In this document: positions 1 through 13,228 of the stretch, piece after piece
How positions within the stretch are numbered: the stretch's first letter is position 1
How the letters are laid out: every line of letters begins with the position of its first letter
NCBI RefSeq assembly: GCF_018350175.1
Contig: NC_058368.1
Location: 17,920,001 to 17,984,000 of the forward strand
Direction of reading: 5' to 3'
DNA from: Felis catus
Lineage: Eukaryota
Length of the DNA stretch: 64,000 nt
Notes under the pieces: generated by a model
Seen by the model: only the letters and a program-made list of their open reading frames with translations
The model's database searches: none
What the model was told of the DNA's origin: nothing
Made by a program: the position numbers and the translations under genes

Positions 1-901
1 CTTAGAGCTTGGGTTTCCCCATTTATTTGTTTGAATCTCAATCACAACTCCTTTCAATTTCCTTCACGTCTCATTACCAGCCTTTACAATCTTTTTTATC
101 CATTTTGTGGGTTTTCTCTCACATCGCTTCACTTAAAAACAAAGAAAGAAATGCAACAAAAGCAAAACCCTCAACAACTCAGAGCGCAAACAAGACATAA
201 CTACCAGGAAGATGTGCCCAAGCCCACTCTACTAAACCATTACCACAGACCTTTGTTGATTCAGCATGTGATCCCGGGACAAAACCACTTTGAAAGGCAG
301 TGGATAGGTTAACTATACTGGAATTAGACTAAAAAAAATGAATTAAAAGAAGGCAATGGAGAGTCAAGGTAAGGTTACTGTACCAAGGTCAGCCCGGAAT
401 ACTACAGAGAGCAGGAAATCAATGCCAGGTTGCAAGTTCCATTTCTAACTTTCTACCTCTTACACTATGTTTTTGACTTCTTAGACACCATTTTTCTTAT
501 TTTTAAAATAACTTGTTGACTAAGCTGGTGGTCAATCTCTGCATGACCAGTGGTGACACGAGTCTTCAGATGTGATGTAGATTTGAGGATCACTTCTTAT
601 GATTTCTGGACAACCACGTTTAGGCTGAATTTAGTCAAGGTCTAACTTTCAGCTGAGAGGAAATCTAGGGCAGGAGCACACTGGTTGACAGCCCTCCAAA
701 GGAATCAGATATTTTGCAGAAGATTAGACATCCTAGTGGACAAATAACATGGCCTTTTCAGAAAGTCAGTGTCATGAAGAAAGGGACATATCATGAGTGG
801 AGGGGGCTGAGAAGACACAAATATTAGATGCCAGGTATAGTTCCAATGGCTCCTGGCTGGGGAAAAAAAAGTCGTAAATAGTGTTTTAGAAATACTTCAT
901 A

Positions 902-1118
902 GGGGCGCCTGGGTGGCGCAGTCAGTTAAGCGTCCGACTTCAGCCAGGTCACGATCTCGCGGTCCGTGAGTTCGAGCCCCGCGTCAGGCTCTGGGCTGAT
1001 GGCTCGGAGCCTGGAGCCTGTTTCCGATTCTGTGTCTCCCTCTCTCTCTGCCCCTCCCCTGTTCATGCTCTGTCTCTCTCTGTCCCAAAAATAAATAAAC
1101 AAAACAAACAAAAAAAAA
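902..1118 (+). mobile_element. Young felid SINE (SINEC_Fc-like)
   Basis: ggggcgcctgggtggcgcagtc head, (CT)n tract, A-rich tail; TSD agaaatacttca at 888-899 and 1119-1130. Confidence 0.95.
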
Positions 1119-1351
1119 AGAAATACTTCAGAAATGTTTATATGAGCTGGTATCAAATCACATAAAGGAATTATTATTAACTTTGTTAGGCATAAAAATT
1201 TTATTTTGACTATACAGAATTTTTTTTTGTTTTTTTTGAGATATCCACTGAAGAAATGAGAGGAAGAATGCGAAGATATCTGTAATTGACTTTAAAATAT
1301 CTGGGCATTAAATGTGATCTATTCATCTGCCACACGGCTATTCATCTGCCC

Positions 1352-1553
1352 CAAAGATTAGCAAACGTCTTCTGTAAAGGGCAAAAGAGTAAATGCTTTA
1401 GGCTTCGTGGGCCAAACAGACACTGTTGCTCTTACTCACCTTTACTGCTGTAGCACAAAGGCAAATATAAACAATACATAAATAAATGTGTGTGGTGTGT
1501 TTCAATAAAACTTTATCTACAAGAGCCTACAGGGCATAGTTTCCTGACCCCTG
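1352..1553. mobile_element. MER58A-like hAT-Charlie DNA transposon relic
   Basis: gcaaac..ttctgtaaagggc..agtaaat..ttaggcttcgtgggcc...caataaaactttat...tagtttcctgacccctg matches the recalled MER58A consensus. Confidence 0.75.
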
Positions 1554-1790
1554 ATCTATCCCCTTCATTTAAAAATAGATAGGGCTGGGCTCATATGCAA
1601 TATAATCCTTGGGCAAAATATACAACATGGCATTACCTTAGACTTTTAGTTCTCTTTTCCTTTGCTTTTGGAACAGCAGCAGCATATAGTTCTACTCTGA
1701 GATCCATTATATCTGGCAAGTGTTTTCCTACACAGCTAGGCTTTTCTCCATCATGTGACTCAGAGATTTCATTAAAAAAATCAATATGCT

Positions 1791-2016
1791 GGGGCATCCG
1801 GGTGGCTCAGTTGGTTAAGCGTCCAACTGCGCTCAGGTCATGATCTCACAGTTCATGAGTTCAAGCCCCGCATCGGGCTCTGTGCTGACAGCTCAGAGCC
1901 TAGAGCCTGCTTAGGATTCTGTGTCTCAGTCTCTCCCTGCCCCTCCCCTGCTTGCTTGTGCTCTCTCTCTCTCTCACTCTTTCTCTCAAATAAATAAACA
2001 TTAAACAAAAATTTTT
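1791..2016 (+). mobile_element. Carnivore SINE (CanSINE)
   Basis: tRNA-like head, (CT)n, A tail; aaaaaatcaatatg on both flanks as TSD. Confidence 0.93.
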
Positions 2017-4947
2017 AAAAAATCAATATGTCTATGAAGTAAAATAACCATGTCAGAAGAAAATTCAACTGTGAGAAGGCTCGTCTAACCCATGGGCCAT
2101 ATTCACCAGGCATCTCTGGCTCTAGAACTGATTAGCAGCTTTTACAGCTTTTGAAGATGAGTGGAATAGTCATTGGACCCTTCACCTCATTACACCACTG
2201 AAAGCAAATACGCTCTTTTGGGTCCTTTGGACATTGGCTATGCAGTAAATCAGAATTATCCTGCACAGTATACTACATGTGCCCAGTGATGTAGGAGAAT
2301 AAACACGGTTTCCCAATGCATCATGGTAAGCCACCATCCATGGATAAGCCACTGAGAAAATTGGACTCAACCTGCACACAGCAGAGGTGAGATCAGTATC
2401 TCTTACCAAGTAGGTACCAGTCCAATTACAATAGATGTGTCTGTCAGGGTGCTCATAAATAAGTAATCCTTCAAGAATGATCCCTACAAACTCAGATATC
2501 TTCTTGAGATGACATTAGAAATATAGAAGCCAGGATAAAATATTTAGAGAATTAATTAATTTGGACCATTGGTTCAGAGTGCCTATTAAAAGTTTACCTA
2601 TAATGGAAAGCTTTAGTCTATCCACCTTTGTGCTCTGCCATTAAAACCATGTGTAATAAACTCTTCTAGAATATGGCATGTCATGAAGTTTGAATAGATT
2701 TAGTTCCTAAAAGAGTTTTGTAGGGATGATGAATAAAAACTGAGAGAAAATTCATGTTATACAGATTCTCTATTAATAAAAAGAAACCTAAATCATGGTT
2801 CAAATGTTTAGGGAAAAAAACCCACAGAGTTAAGATAGCCTATAAATTCTCTGGAAATGGGGGGCGGGCAGAGGTGGAGGAGTCGAATCCCTGCCAAGTT
2901 TCAAGGTCATAAAAGTAGTTGAAATAAAATACAAAGCTATATATAGGACCACATTTTTCATGGTAATATATTTTATGGTTCTAACTGGGCAGTTAAATAG
3001 GAGACTCGTGAAAAAATACATTAGAGTCTTCTAATTAATTCTATGGATTATTTAGGGATTCTTCATCTAAATTGATGGGTACAAGGAAAGATATAAGAAT
3101 GAAATGACTACTGTTAATTCTTATAAGAAAGTTGTTTATAGAAACATGTTATTTGGCTTTAAAATATCTGCTTCTAAGTATGGTATTCACCCAGAACATA
3201 ATACATACATTATTAGAAAAACTATCCTATTTCCACAATAATTTGTGTGCTGAAATTTATGTAAATTTGTAGAGCGGAAGGGAAATTTATCTCTGCTCTG
3301 ACCCAGCAGAAAGGAGATTTTGATGAGAAATAAAATCGTCGGGGAATATACGTAATCTACTTAATACAGTAAGTTTTCACCCATATGGGAGTTTTTTGGG
3401 GTTAGCAATTAATATTATAATTGTAAAGCAGTTGCATCCTCTGTAAAATAGGCTTCCATTGGTCAGTATTTACCTAGAAGTTGCAAAAAAAATTTTTTTA
3501 GTGGAGAAGTAATAAAGTTACACTCCTTTCAAAGTATTTTAAATTGCTCAATCTCTGTTTAGCTAATTTGGGATTACCTCTTTCATTATCAACTCAGATA
3601 AAGGACAGTTTACCAGAAAGTAAACAAATGCAGTTACAATTTTTTTTTCCACAGAACATTAGAACACAAATGAACAAGGAGAGACGCTAAAATACACACT
3701 TCAGTCCTGAATAAAAGTTTAAAATGAAGTAAGAATGCTTAGGATTCACTTAGCAAGTATTGCCAGTCAGTAACAGTTACATCGGATGCGTACTTTTCTC
3801 TACAAGATAAGTAAATCCGACAAGATTAGTAAAGGTTTATTCCTGCTGTAATTTGGCAGGTTACGTTAAGGATGACTGTTAAGGATGACCGTCGAGGTTC
3901 ACAGCGTGGGGATCTAAGCAGCCTCTGGGCAACCCCACATCTCTCCCGAGAGCGAGAGCGCCTTCCATCCATCTCTCCTCTCCAGCTGAGCCACAGCTGA
4001 GAAGGATCTCAGGGACAACCACACTGAGGGACTTTGGTTTTGGTGACTGCAAAGACACAGCTTGACACAAATCAAATCCTGCCATCCTTCTACGTTTGCT
4101 CTTTATGAAAAATTTCAGACAGAAAAAAAATTTACAAATTAAATTCTGCAGGTATGTTTCATCACTCTGGTGTTCAAGGCTCTCCACACACTGTCCCCCA
4201 CCTGTGTGATATTTATGTCATCAATTATGCAGTCATGAGGATTTGATACCCTCCATAACCCACTGCCACAATTACTCCTGCCTCTGAGCCTTAACTCCTG
4301 GTGTTCCCCTTACCTGGAGGCCTCATCATCTCACTGACTGTCCAAATCCTATCTCTTATTTTTCAGAGTCCAACTAAATTCTCACCTCTGATGCAGAGCC
4401 CTTTCTAACTACTCCGGCTCACGTGGGTCATCTGGGTCATCTTCCTTCTCTCTCACTGCCCCTTCTACATATGTCTATTGGAGTAGACATCCCATTATTT
4501 ATGTGTTTATTTCCATCTGATCTGCTGGAGAGCAGGGATCACCTTATTCATCTGTGGACCTGCTCCAGTGCCTAGAATAGTAGATGCCTGACACATAGTA
4601 GATGCCCATTTAAAATGCATACAACAGGTTATCATGGGCAGGTAGTGGGGGGGGGGCAGTTAAATGGAAAGAGAGATTGGGGAGCCTCCTGGGGTGCTGG
4701 GAATACTCTTTATATTTACCAGGATGGTATGGTATGTGGTAGTTACATGATAAAAACTTACTGAGCTTTGAATGTGTGTGTGTGTGTATATTCATATCTC
4801 AATAAGATATATATATCTTATACATATATATATCTTATACATATGTATATATCACATATATACATATATATAGTTGGATGAAATGAATGAATGAACTAGC
4901 AGCAGAAAATATACAAGGCTGCTTTCCTCTGAAAACATGGCTACAAT

Positions 4948-4950
<3 letters not shown>

Positions 4951-4988
<38 letters not shown>
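4951..4988. repeat. (CA)19 microsatellite
   Basis: Perfect CA run. Confidence 0.95.
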
Positions 4989-4991
<3 letters not shown>

Positions 4992-5419
4992 TAGAATATC
5001 ATTTCTGCTCAGATTGTCACTTCATAGTACTTCCTCAACACCTGCCACCAGCCTGGACTTCCAAAAATGCTCCACTACTGACTATATAACAACCATTCTA
5101 GTGTTAGGATGCCAGACCTCACACCCTCGAGAACTGTCACCACACAGACACTCAGTGACTCTTAAGTTGTGTGATTACAGATAGGCATGAATCTATTTAT
5201 TTTCTTTGGGATCTTGGGCAAGTTACTACCGTTTCTCAGTCCCATCACCTCAATGGTAGGAATAATAGTACCTCCTTTATAACGTTTAGAAAACCTGTAA
5301 TAAAATAACATATTGTAGACTGATAATAGAGAGCCTAGCCCATAGTAAGCCCAGAATAAATATTAGCTATTAGACTGTGAAATCTTATGATGAGATCACA
5401 GGTAAGAAAACAGAAGCCA

Positions 5420-5524
5420 GGGCACCTGGGTGGCTCAGTCGGTTAAGCATCCGACTTTAGCTCAGGTCATGAGTTCGAGCCCCTCGTCAGGATCTGTGCT
5501 GACAGCTCAGAGCCTAGAGCCTGC
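5420..5524 (+). mobile_element. Truncated CanSINE (internal deletion, no tail)
   Basis: gggcacctgggtggctcagtcggttaagc...tcagagcctagagcctgc, then unrelated sequence. Confidence 0.85.
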
Positions 5525-5559
5525 CAATCTCGTTACTTTCCAATCCAGAGCTCCACCTA

Positions 5560-6080
5560 AATTGCGAAACCAACAATGTCACTTCCCTGCTTGGCACCCT
5601 TCAGTGGCTTCCTATTGGTTTTAGTGTTAAACATCACGAGCATAGCTTATGAATCCTTTTGTACTCTTCTTGTCTACTATTCCAGCTTTATACAATCCTG
5701 TCCCCTGCCTCCAATTTTCCACCCGACCAGCACAAAACCACTTAGAAGCTTCTCCACAAAGTTTATTTTCCACCTGTAAACTTCAGCACCTGCTGGTGTC
5801 TCCCCACATCCTGTACGCCCCACTCCACTGCCCTAGCTGACTAGTTCTTCATCTTAAATGTCCTTGTTTTCTAGAAAAACATTTCCAAGCCCTTTTTACT
5901 CTTCTCCCAAGGTTGGGTTACATTTCATTGCATGGCGTCTAACACATTGCCTCTGAGTCTTTGTCTGCCTATCTCCTTGTGTCTGTTTTACCCCCTCACT
6001 GCTCCATTTATCATTTTGTCCCCAATACCTAGCACAGTGCCTTGGCACAAAAAGATCTCAAAATATACTTGTTGAACCAT
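5560..6080 (+). mobile_element. Degenerate L2 LINE 3' fragment
   Basis: Pyrimidine-rich body ending in the L2-type tail cctagcacagtgccttggcaca...aaatatacttgttgaa. Confidence 0.5.
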
Positions 6081-7056
6081 TTATTCCACCAATAACAAGC
6101 GCTTACTATGGTTGGTGGCTAAGGTGGGTGGTGTGGTCTGTGGCCAGGAGACTTCTCTATCTGGAGAGTCTGTCCAAGGAACTGGTCTTGAATTCATTTC
6201 CACTAGGTTCAAATTAGCTAAATTAGTGAAACAGTGAACAGAGATATTTCCTGAACGTTCTGCAAGACAGTGAGATACTGCCACAAGCCTGAGCAGAACC
6301 AGCTACTAAGAAAAGAAGCTTCTCTCGGTTGGGTGCGGGTGAACCTGAAACAAATTCATGGACAAAAAAGCTCAGCCAATTTTGCAATCACAATCCTTTT
6401 TACTACTCAAAGAACATCCCTAATGTTTCCAAGCTCTTTTTTCAATCTGTTCCTTCCTTTGTTTTCTACTATTATTAAGAATGAAGTGTCATTCTGATGG
6501 AAATCACTTATTTCAATTATCAGAATTGATAGGTTAAGTGAAGCCAAAATGCCCCCAAAGTGGGAAATGCTGTGAAATCCTATACCATAGTGTACATTTA
6601 AACCATTCTCCTCTTGGGAGAAAACAGATCTACAAATACCCATGCTCACCCCTCTCCACCCCACTTCCCAGAAAATTAACAAAACTTTAGCTGGCAGACA
6701 AAACAATTCCAAGGCAAAACAAGAAGGGCGAGGAGATGTTCACAAAGTATTATGAAAGATTGTGTCTTCCAGACAGTACACTTAGGTAACCCAATTCAAT
6801 CCAATTAAACAGAATATTATGCAAACATTACCTAGGAAAATACCCACTTCTAAATATTTAACAATAGAATATACTCTGGGAATATGAAACAGCCATTGTT
6901 TCCCAATGACAAACCAATGGGCAAATTTAGGAATCAGAGACTATGTCGCTATATGGTTTGATTGTTGTTATTCTGACAACGTGACAAAGAAAACTTTGGA
7001 AACAACAGGTCCCACAAGTAGTTCCGGAATCTCAAATTGAAGAATCATCTGAATGG

Positions 7057-7287
7057 TTTTTTTAATGCTTATTTTTTTATTTTGAGAGAGAGAGAGAGAG
7101 AGAAAGAGAGGGAGGGAGGCAGTGCACAAGTGAGAGGGAAGGGGCAGAGAGGGAGAGAGAGAATCACAAGCAGGCTCCACGCTCAGCACAGAGCCTGATG
7201 CGGGCCTCGAACTCAAGACTGTGAGATCTTGACCTCAGCTGCAATCAAGAGTCAGACACTTAACCGACTGAGCCACCCAGGCACCCC
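7057..7287 (-). mobile_element. CanSINE
   Basis: Reverse-complement SINE (poly-T, (GA)n, ...gccacccaggcacccc); ctgaatg..tttt on both flanks. Confidence 0.92.
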
Positions 7288-7769
7288 CTGAATGTTTTTT
7301 AGATAAAGAAAGGACCAGTGATCTTTTCTATTGTATTCCCACTATTTGGATACAAGCACGTGTCCACATACTTGGTAACTGAGGTAGATTAGCTATGGGA
7401 CATATTGGGATCTGTCTTAAGACAACTCATAGTCACTGACAAACTTTTTTCCTTATTATTTCTTGGCTGGAAGTCATGATCCCTAACTTCAGAATAAAAT
7501 TCATGCCCAAAATTATTATGCCAAATTACTCATGTCTACAGTACGTGTTTGGAAAAGAAAGAGATTTCTAAAAATCACCAGAATTCTGCCTTCTTAATGC
7601 CACGCCTCAGTAAAAGAAACTGGGGATTGTCTGGAGTAATGGCTGCTTCCAGGGTGGGCAGGGATGTCTTATTTTATTAGAAAATGAGAAAATAATTGAA
7701 AAAAAGATGAATGTGTGTCACAAGGGTGCAGGAGTTGGCTTGCCAGCATCAAAAGCACCGTCCATAAAA

Positions 7770-9270
7770 ATTAGAAATAGAAATCAATAAATTAGACAAA
7801 CAGAACTAATACTCAAAAAACAAACACTTCTACTCTTTGTAAAACACCGTTCAGAAGAAAATGAAAAGACAGGTCACAGACTGAGAAAATATTCACAAAA
7901 TATGGATCTGATAAAGGACTTCTATGCAGGGTATATAAGAAACTCTCAAAACTTAGTCCTACTAAAATGATCCTATTACAAAAGTAACAAAGATTTTCAG
8001 GAGATGCATCATCAAAGAAGACACATAGATGGCAAATAGGCAAAATAATGCAAACTGATCATTGGGAAAATGCAAACTGAAAATGCATACATGGTCAATT
8101 GATTTTTCAACCAAAGTGCAAAGCCAATTCAAAGGAGAGGGGACGAATCTTCACAATACACGATATTGAAATAATTGTGTGTCAATATGAAAACAAGAAG
8201 CCCTTTGACTTCGACCATAGACCTAAGTGTCAAATCTAAAAAATTAAATTTCTAGACGAAAACAGGGAAAAGATCTTTGTGACCTTAGGTCAAGCAAAGA
8301 TTTCTTCGATACAATACAAAAACCATAATGAGATACCACTACACCCACATAAGAATAGCTATAATTAGAAAGACAGATCATACAGAATGTTGGCAAGGAA
8401 GCAGTGCACTTGGAATTTCTCATATACCGCGGATGAGACGCAAAACGGTTCTGTCACTTGGGAAAACAGTCTGGCTCACGAAATTCAGCACACATATATA
8501 TACAACGCAGCAATCATTCCTAGTCATTTACCCAAGAGAAATAAACATGCATGTTCATACAAAACTTTTAAGCAAATGTTTATAGCACTATTATTCATAA
8601 TCACTAAAACTGAAGAGACAATAAAACAAATGCCTTTCAACCGGCACATATAATACCAAAGCGTGATACCTCCATAAGAAGATACTACTCAGCAATGAAA
8701 GGAAACAACAACACACACAACAACATGGATGGTTCTCAGACGCATTATGTCAAGTGAAAGAAGCCAGATTCAGAAGGCTACATTAGACACCAGAAGTACA
8801 TTAGTGGTTCCCCAGGGTTGGGAAGGTTGGAAGGAGATAGGAAGGGACCACTAGCAGGTGTTGGAATTTGGGAAGAGGGAAAATGTTCTAAAATTGGTCG
8901 TGATGGTGACTGCACAACTCTGCAAATGTACTAAAAACCGTTGAATGGTACACTTTAAATGAGTACACTGCATGGCGTGTGAACTGTGTCTCAAAGAAGA
9001 TGTTATTTTTAAAGAAGGTCATATACCGTCTAATTTCACTTACATGACATTCTGCAAAAGGCAACCCTGTAGGCACAGAACACTGGCTGTCGGTGCTACT
9101 CTATGTGGAGGAATTGGCTACAAGGGACTTGAAGGAACTTTGGAGGGGTGGTGGAACCGTTGTGTATCTTGACTGCGGTCCAAGGTACACAGCTGTATGC
9201 GTTTGTCAAAACTCAGGCAACAGTTAACTGAGTGAGATGAATTTTACTGCAAGTAAATAATACCTCGGTA
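7770..9270 (+). mobile_element. Old L1 (L1M-type) ORF2 C-terminal and 3' UTR fragments
   Basis: Decayed ORF2 motifs (MRYHYTHIRIAII, IYPREINMHVHTK) and L1M-like 3' UTR sequence; many stops and frameshifts. Confidence 0.8.
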
Positions 9271-9889
9271 GACCTGATGTTCAAAAGAAAATGCAACTGT
9301 ATTTCCTACCAGAAAAATAGTCATTACTTTTATGGGCTTGAATTTGTATGTTGGAGTCATAGTACTGTTCACCTTCCCCCAGATAGTGTATTATCAGTGG
9401 TCTCTCACAAACATAACACCTATGAATATACATGGTTTGTCATTACATTCTTTAGAACTGAAGTGGTGTTATTCCACTTTTGAAACATTTTTGAATAAAT
9501 GTAAGAGGTAATGCAGCACTATGCATTTCCAGTCACAGTTATAAAGCTATTAACTACCTCTGAGTCGATTTATTATGGTCTCATGAATAAGATAAATGTA
9601 GTTTACGTGTGCTTATTATGTTAACAATGGGCTTTATATTCTTAAAAAGCATAGGCAGAGGAAAATTGAATTGCCTCCTTAAGAGAAATGTTCTAAAATC
9701 GAATGATTTCATCCTTGTAAACTTTCTTAAAGCATGTTAGATTTTTCTAATAGCAAAGCAGAATCTCTTTTAAGCTTAAAAAATGTCAAGCACACAGAAA
9801 ATCGGCAAGAATAAGAACAGTACATAAGACATCTACGTACCACTTACCCAGATTTACCTCATGGTGACCTTTTACCCTATTTGTTGTCT

Positions 9890-10215
9890 GGACTGTTCCA
9901 TTCATCTACGTGGCTATCCTCTTACCAATACCACACTGACCTGATTAATGCAGCTTTCTAGTAAAGCTTGAAACAAATAGTGCATCATCCAACTTTGTTC
10001 TTTCTTTTCAAAACTGTTTTGGCCACTGCAGTTCCATTACCTTCCCATTTAAATGTTTGGATCAGCTTGTCAATCTACAAGAAGTCCAACTGGGATTTTG
10101 ATTGGGAATGCACCGAATCTGCGGGTCAGTTGGGGGAGGGGGAACTGACACCTTACCAATATTAACTCTTTCAACCCAAGCACATATTTTGTCTCTCCCT
10201 TTATGTAGGTCTTCT
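9890..10215 (-). mobile_element. Old L1 ORF2 fragment
   Basis: ccaactttgttctttcttttcaaaactgttttggcc...gggattttgattgggaatgca is typical antisense L1 ORF2. Confidence 0.7.
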
Positions 10216-11659
10216 TTGTTTTTGTTTTTGTTTTTTTTCCCTAGGGGGAAATTTCATTTTTATTTCTGGCATCTTCTTTTTCATCGCTGCCTATCCCTCA
10301 TGCCATTCCCCAAAGTCAAGTTTGACACATTAAAAAATGTGCTTAAGACGTGAATAAAAAGTAACATTTTTATATTTTTACATTTTCAGCTACCAACGTA
10401 ATGAGAGCCCTCTTTACTGAAAAGTTTCCGCTTAATAATGACTCAGAACATCTTGGCTAACTCCCTTAATATCTGTGAATTAGCTAAATATAGTTGGCCT
10501 GGGCTTTTTGTTGGACAGGGCAATTATTCAAACATCAGGGAAAAAAATCATGAGAAGATAAAATTTTAAAAATCCATACCCTCCGTGCCAGGGACCATTG
10601 CCTTCATGGATCAGAAACAGCATGCAATTATCTCACTCACAAAGTTTTCTGATCAAAATAAATTATACACATGGGTAACTTAACCCCAATGTCAACAAGC
10701 CAGCTTAAACATGCACCCTTGAAGCTATCAGATCCAGGGGCCAGCATTAACATAAGAAGAATCCATTAACCGAGAGGAACACACAGGATCACATTCAAAG
10801 ACTATGTTTGTGACAGTAATTGGTAAACTGAATATTTTTCAAAAAGTCCCTTTGTTCTTAATGGCATTGAAACCATTGTTAGGCTCTACCACTGTCACCA
10901 ACAGGAACAGCAGTAGTGAGTATTGGTGCATGCAAAAGATCAAAAGCTGTGATGAAAGGGCCTATAATTAATAATAATTGCTTCCCAAGCGTCTATTTTA
11001 CATAAAGATTCCACTTTATAAGGAACACATTCAAGTCCACTGGATAGACTTAATATTTTCCCTGTGGGTGGTCCTTTCTGGGAAAGTTATTCAAAGGCTC
11101 TGCATGGGGCTAGCAAAACATCATTAATAAGAATGATACAGAAGAATAACAGAGACAAAGCATACCTTTGCCAAAGGTGACATCTTACAAAGCAGCCCAT
11201 GCAGTTTGGGAAGCAAATGAAATGCAGGGCTCCTAGAGACAGTGAGAGCACAGTCACTCCTTTAAATGCATCTTTTTTATTTAATGGGTGCTTTTTGGAG
11301 GTGGTGACCAAGAGTGCGGTTGACAATTACAAGGCTTGGTTGTATACTTAACTAATATTTTTCTGTGGGTAATTTTAAATAAAAGAGGAAAACTCTATTA
11401 ATGCTTTTGAATGGAGTTAAATGCAGAAATAGAAAGCAGCATGAAACAAGCAAAGGGAAGCCAGAACAATATTCCTAGAACTCCAAAAAAAAAATGATAA
11501 ATTTAAATAAATGCCAAATTTTTAGGCTCCCATTACAAAATTATTCATTTCAATCTTCATTGGGAAACAGCTCAATACAGTTAATGGAATATAATTTTAA
11601 ATTATTTTGATAACCACTTAATAATCATGATGGTAATACTCACTGTGGTAAACTGATTA

Positions 11660-12089
11660 AAATAATAGCCTCCTTCTTCACTTGCCCCTCCCTATACCTA
11701 TCTTTCTTGAAATGGAAATTTGCAGCTGATCTCTTGAAGTTGGACCGAGCTTGTGACTTCCTTTCGCCAAAGACAGTGGAACTGAAATTATGTAAGTAAC
11801 GAGACTAGATCTCAAAAGGCCTTGCATGCCTGGGAATTCTGCCTTGCTCTCATGAAAATAAGCCTGATGATAAGAAACAGATAAAGGAAAGCCATCTCAG
11901 CTGAGACCACCCAAACCAACCTGCCACTAGCCAACTTGTCTGCAGACATCAGACACGTGTGTGAGAACAGGTGAGACCTGATGAACTACCCTGTCAACAC
12001 ATAAGCTCATGAGCATAATGAATATACGGTTATTGCATTGTCATGAAACTTGAGAGTTGTTTGTTACACAGTACAAGCTCGCTGATACA
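11660..12089 (+). mobile_element. MLT1-type (ERVL-MaLR) solo LTR, degenerate
   Basis: Ends with gttgtttgttacacag...gctgataca, the typical MLT1 3' end. Confidence 0.55.
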
Positions 12090-13228
12090 ATCATCTACCT
12101 TTCCAAGTTTAGTAAGAAACTTAGATTTCATTCTGTATTTCTCTCTTTTCCTGACCTTGTGTTTTCTCAGTTACCACTATCACCATCAGTAGTCCTATGA
12201 CTCCTGATTATTCAACCTACTTTGACCTTGGCCCCTCTCATATTTCCCATAATCAGTCACTTAGTTTTGTAGCTTATGTACAGAAGCGGTCTCATATCTG
12301 CTTTTCTATATTCTTTCTGCCTTCCACTGGTAAAGGTTCTTCATTTGTCTTCTCAAAATGTTCCTTCCCTCATTCTTTTGTTTCTTTAATACATTACTAA
12401 AGCACAGTAATTTTCTTACTAAGTAGAAATCATTACTTTCTGAGTAAGAAATTATCTTAATAAAAGTAAGATACATGTCGGGACATATATCCCATCTAAG
12501 ATACTTCAACAGCTGCCAGTTGTCTTTAGAATGTTCTGAAAGCTTAGCATCGGATTCAAGATGCTCCATCAACTGATCCCATCTTCCCTTGTAGTCACTT
12601 CCCACTGCATCCTTCCACACTTCTTCAGTAACATCAAGTTGGAATTATTACCCAAAAAGACTCCTTCACATTTCTGTGCCTCTGAGGTGTTATTTTCATC
12701 CTCTCTTCCTTATCAAACACCCAGCCAATTCAACTACTGACAGCTCTCTGATCCTCTTCTGCAGTCCCCTCCACTCACACCTCCTTCCCAGTGCCTTGGG
12801 TGAATTTGTCCTTTCTCGAAAACACCTCGCATATGCCTCTATTACGGTAATTTTTTCATTAAAGTTTAATCTATGCTTAGTTGAATGCTGGAAGGTTATA
12901 AATTCTTTGACAGCACAGCACATGAGTCTTCATACCCCTCATATGCTGAGCACAATGCTTAATATGCCAAAAGTAATATCCTTGGAATCCTGGGGTATCA
13001 GGAGGAGAGGAACTGTTCAGAGAAAATTTAGTTTTCTGGCCAACAGACAAATCCAGATGTGGGGCAAATAAATCCCTTTGTTCCATGATCAGAAATGGAA
13101 AGTTATGCACAGAAAGTTAGTTTTTGACTCCTTTGAAATTCTAAACTTAAATATCACAATACACCATCAGCTACTTCACTCCTATTCGAGAAACCGACAA
13201 CTACAGACTAGGTTAAACTCATTTAGAA

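Noticed and set aside
902..990. tRNA-like A/B-box sequence at the SINE heads (and the recurring MAQSVK... ORFs)
   Set aside because: These are the tRNA-derived heads of carnivore SINEs followed by (CT)n and A tails; neither tRNA genes nor proteins.
1319..1350. 13-bp direct repeat ctattcatctgcc with a 6-bp spacer
   Set aside because: Two units only; typical slippage micro-duplication, not an array.
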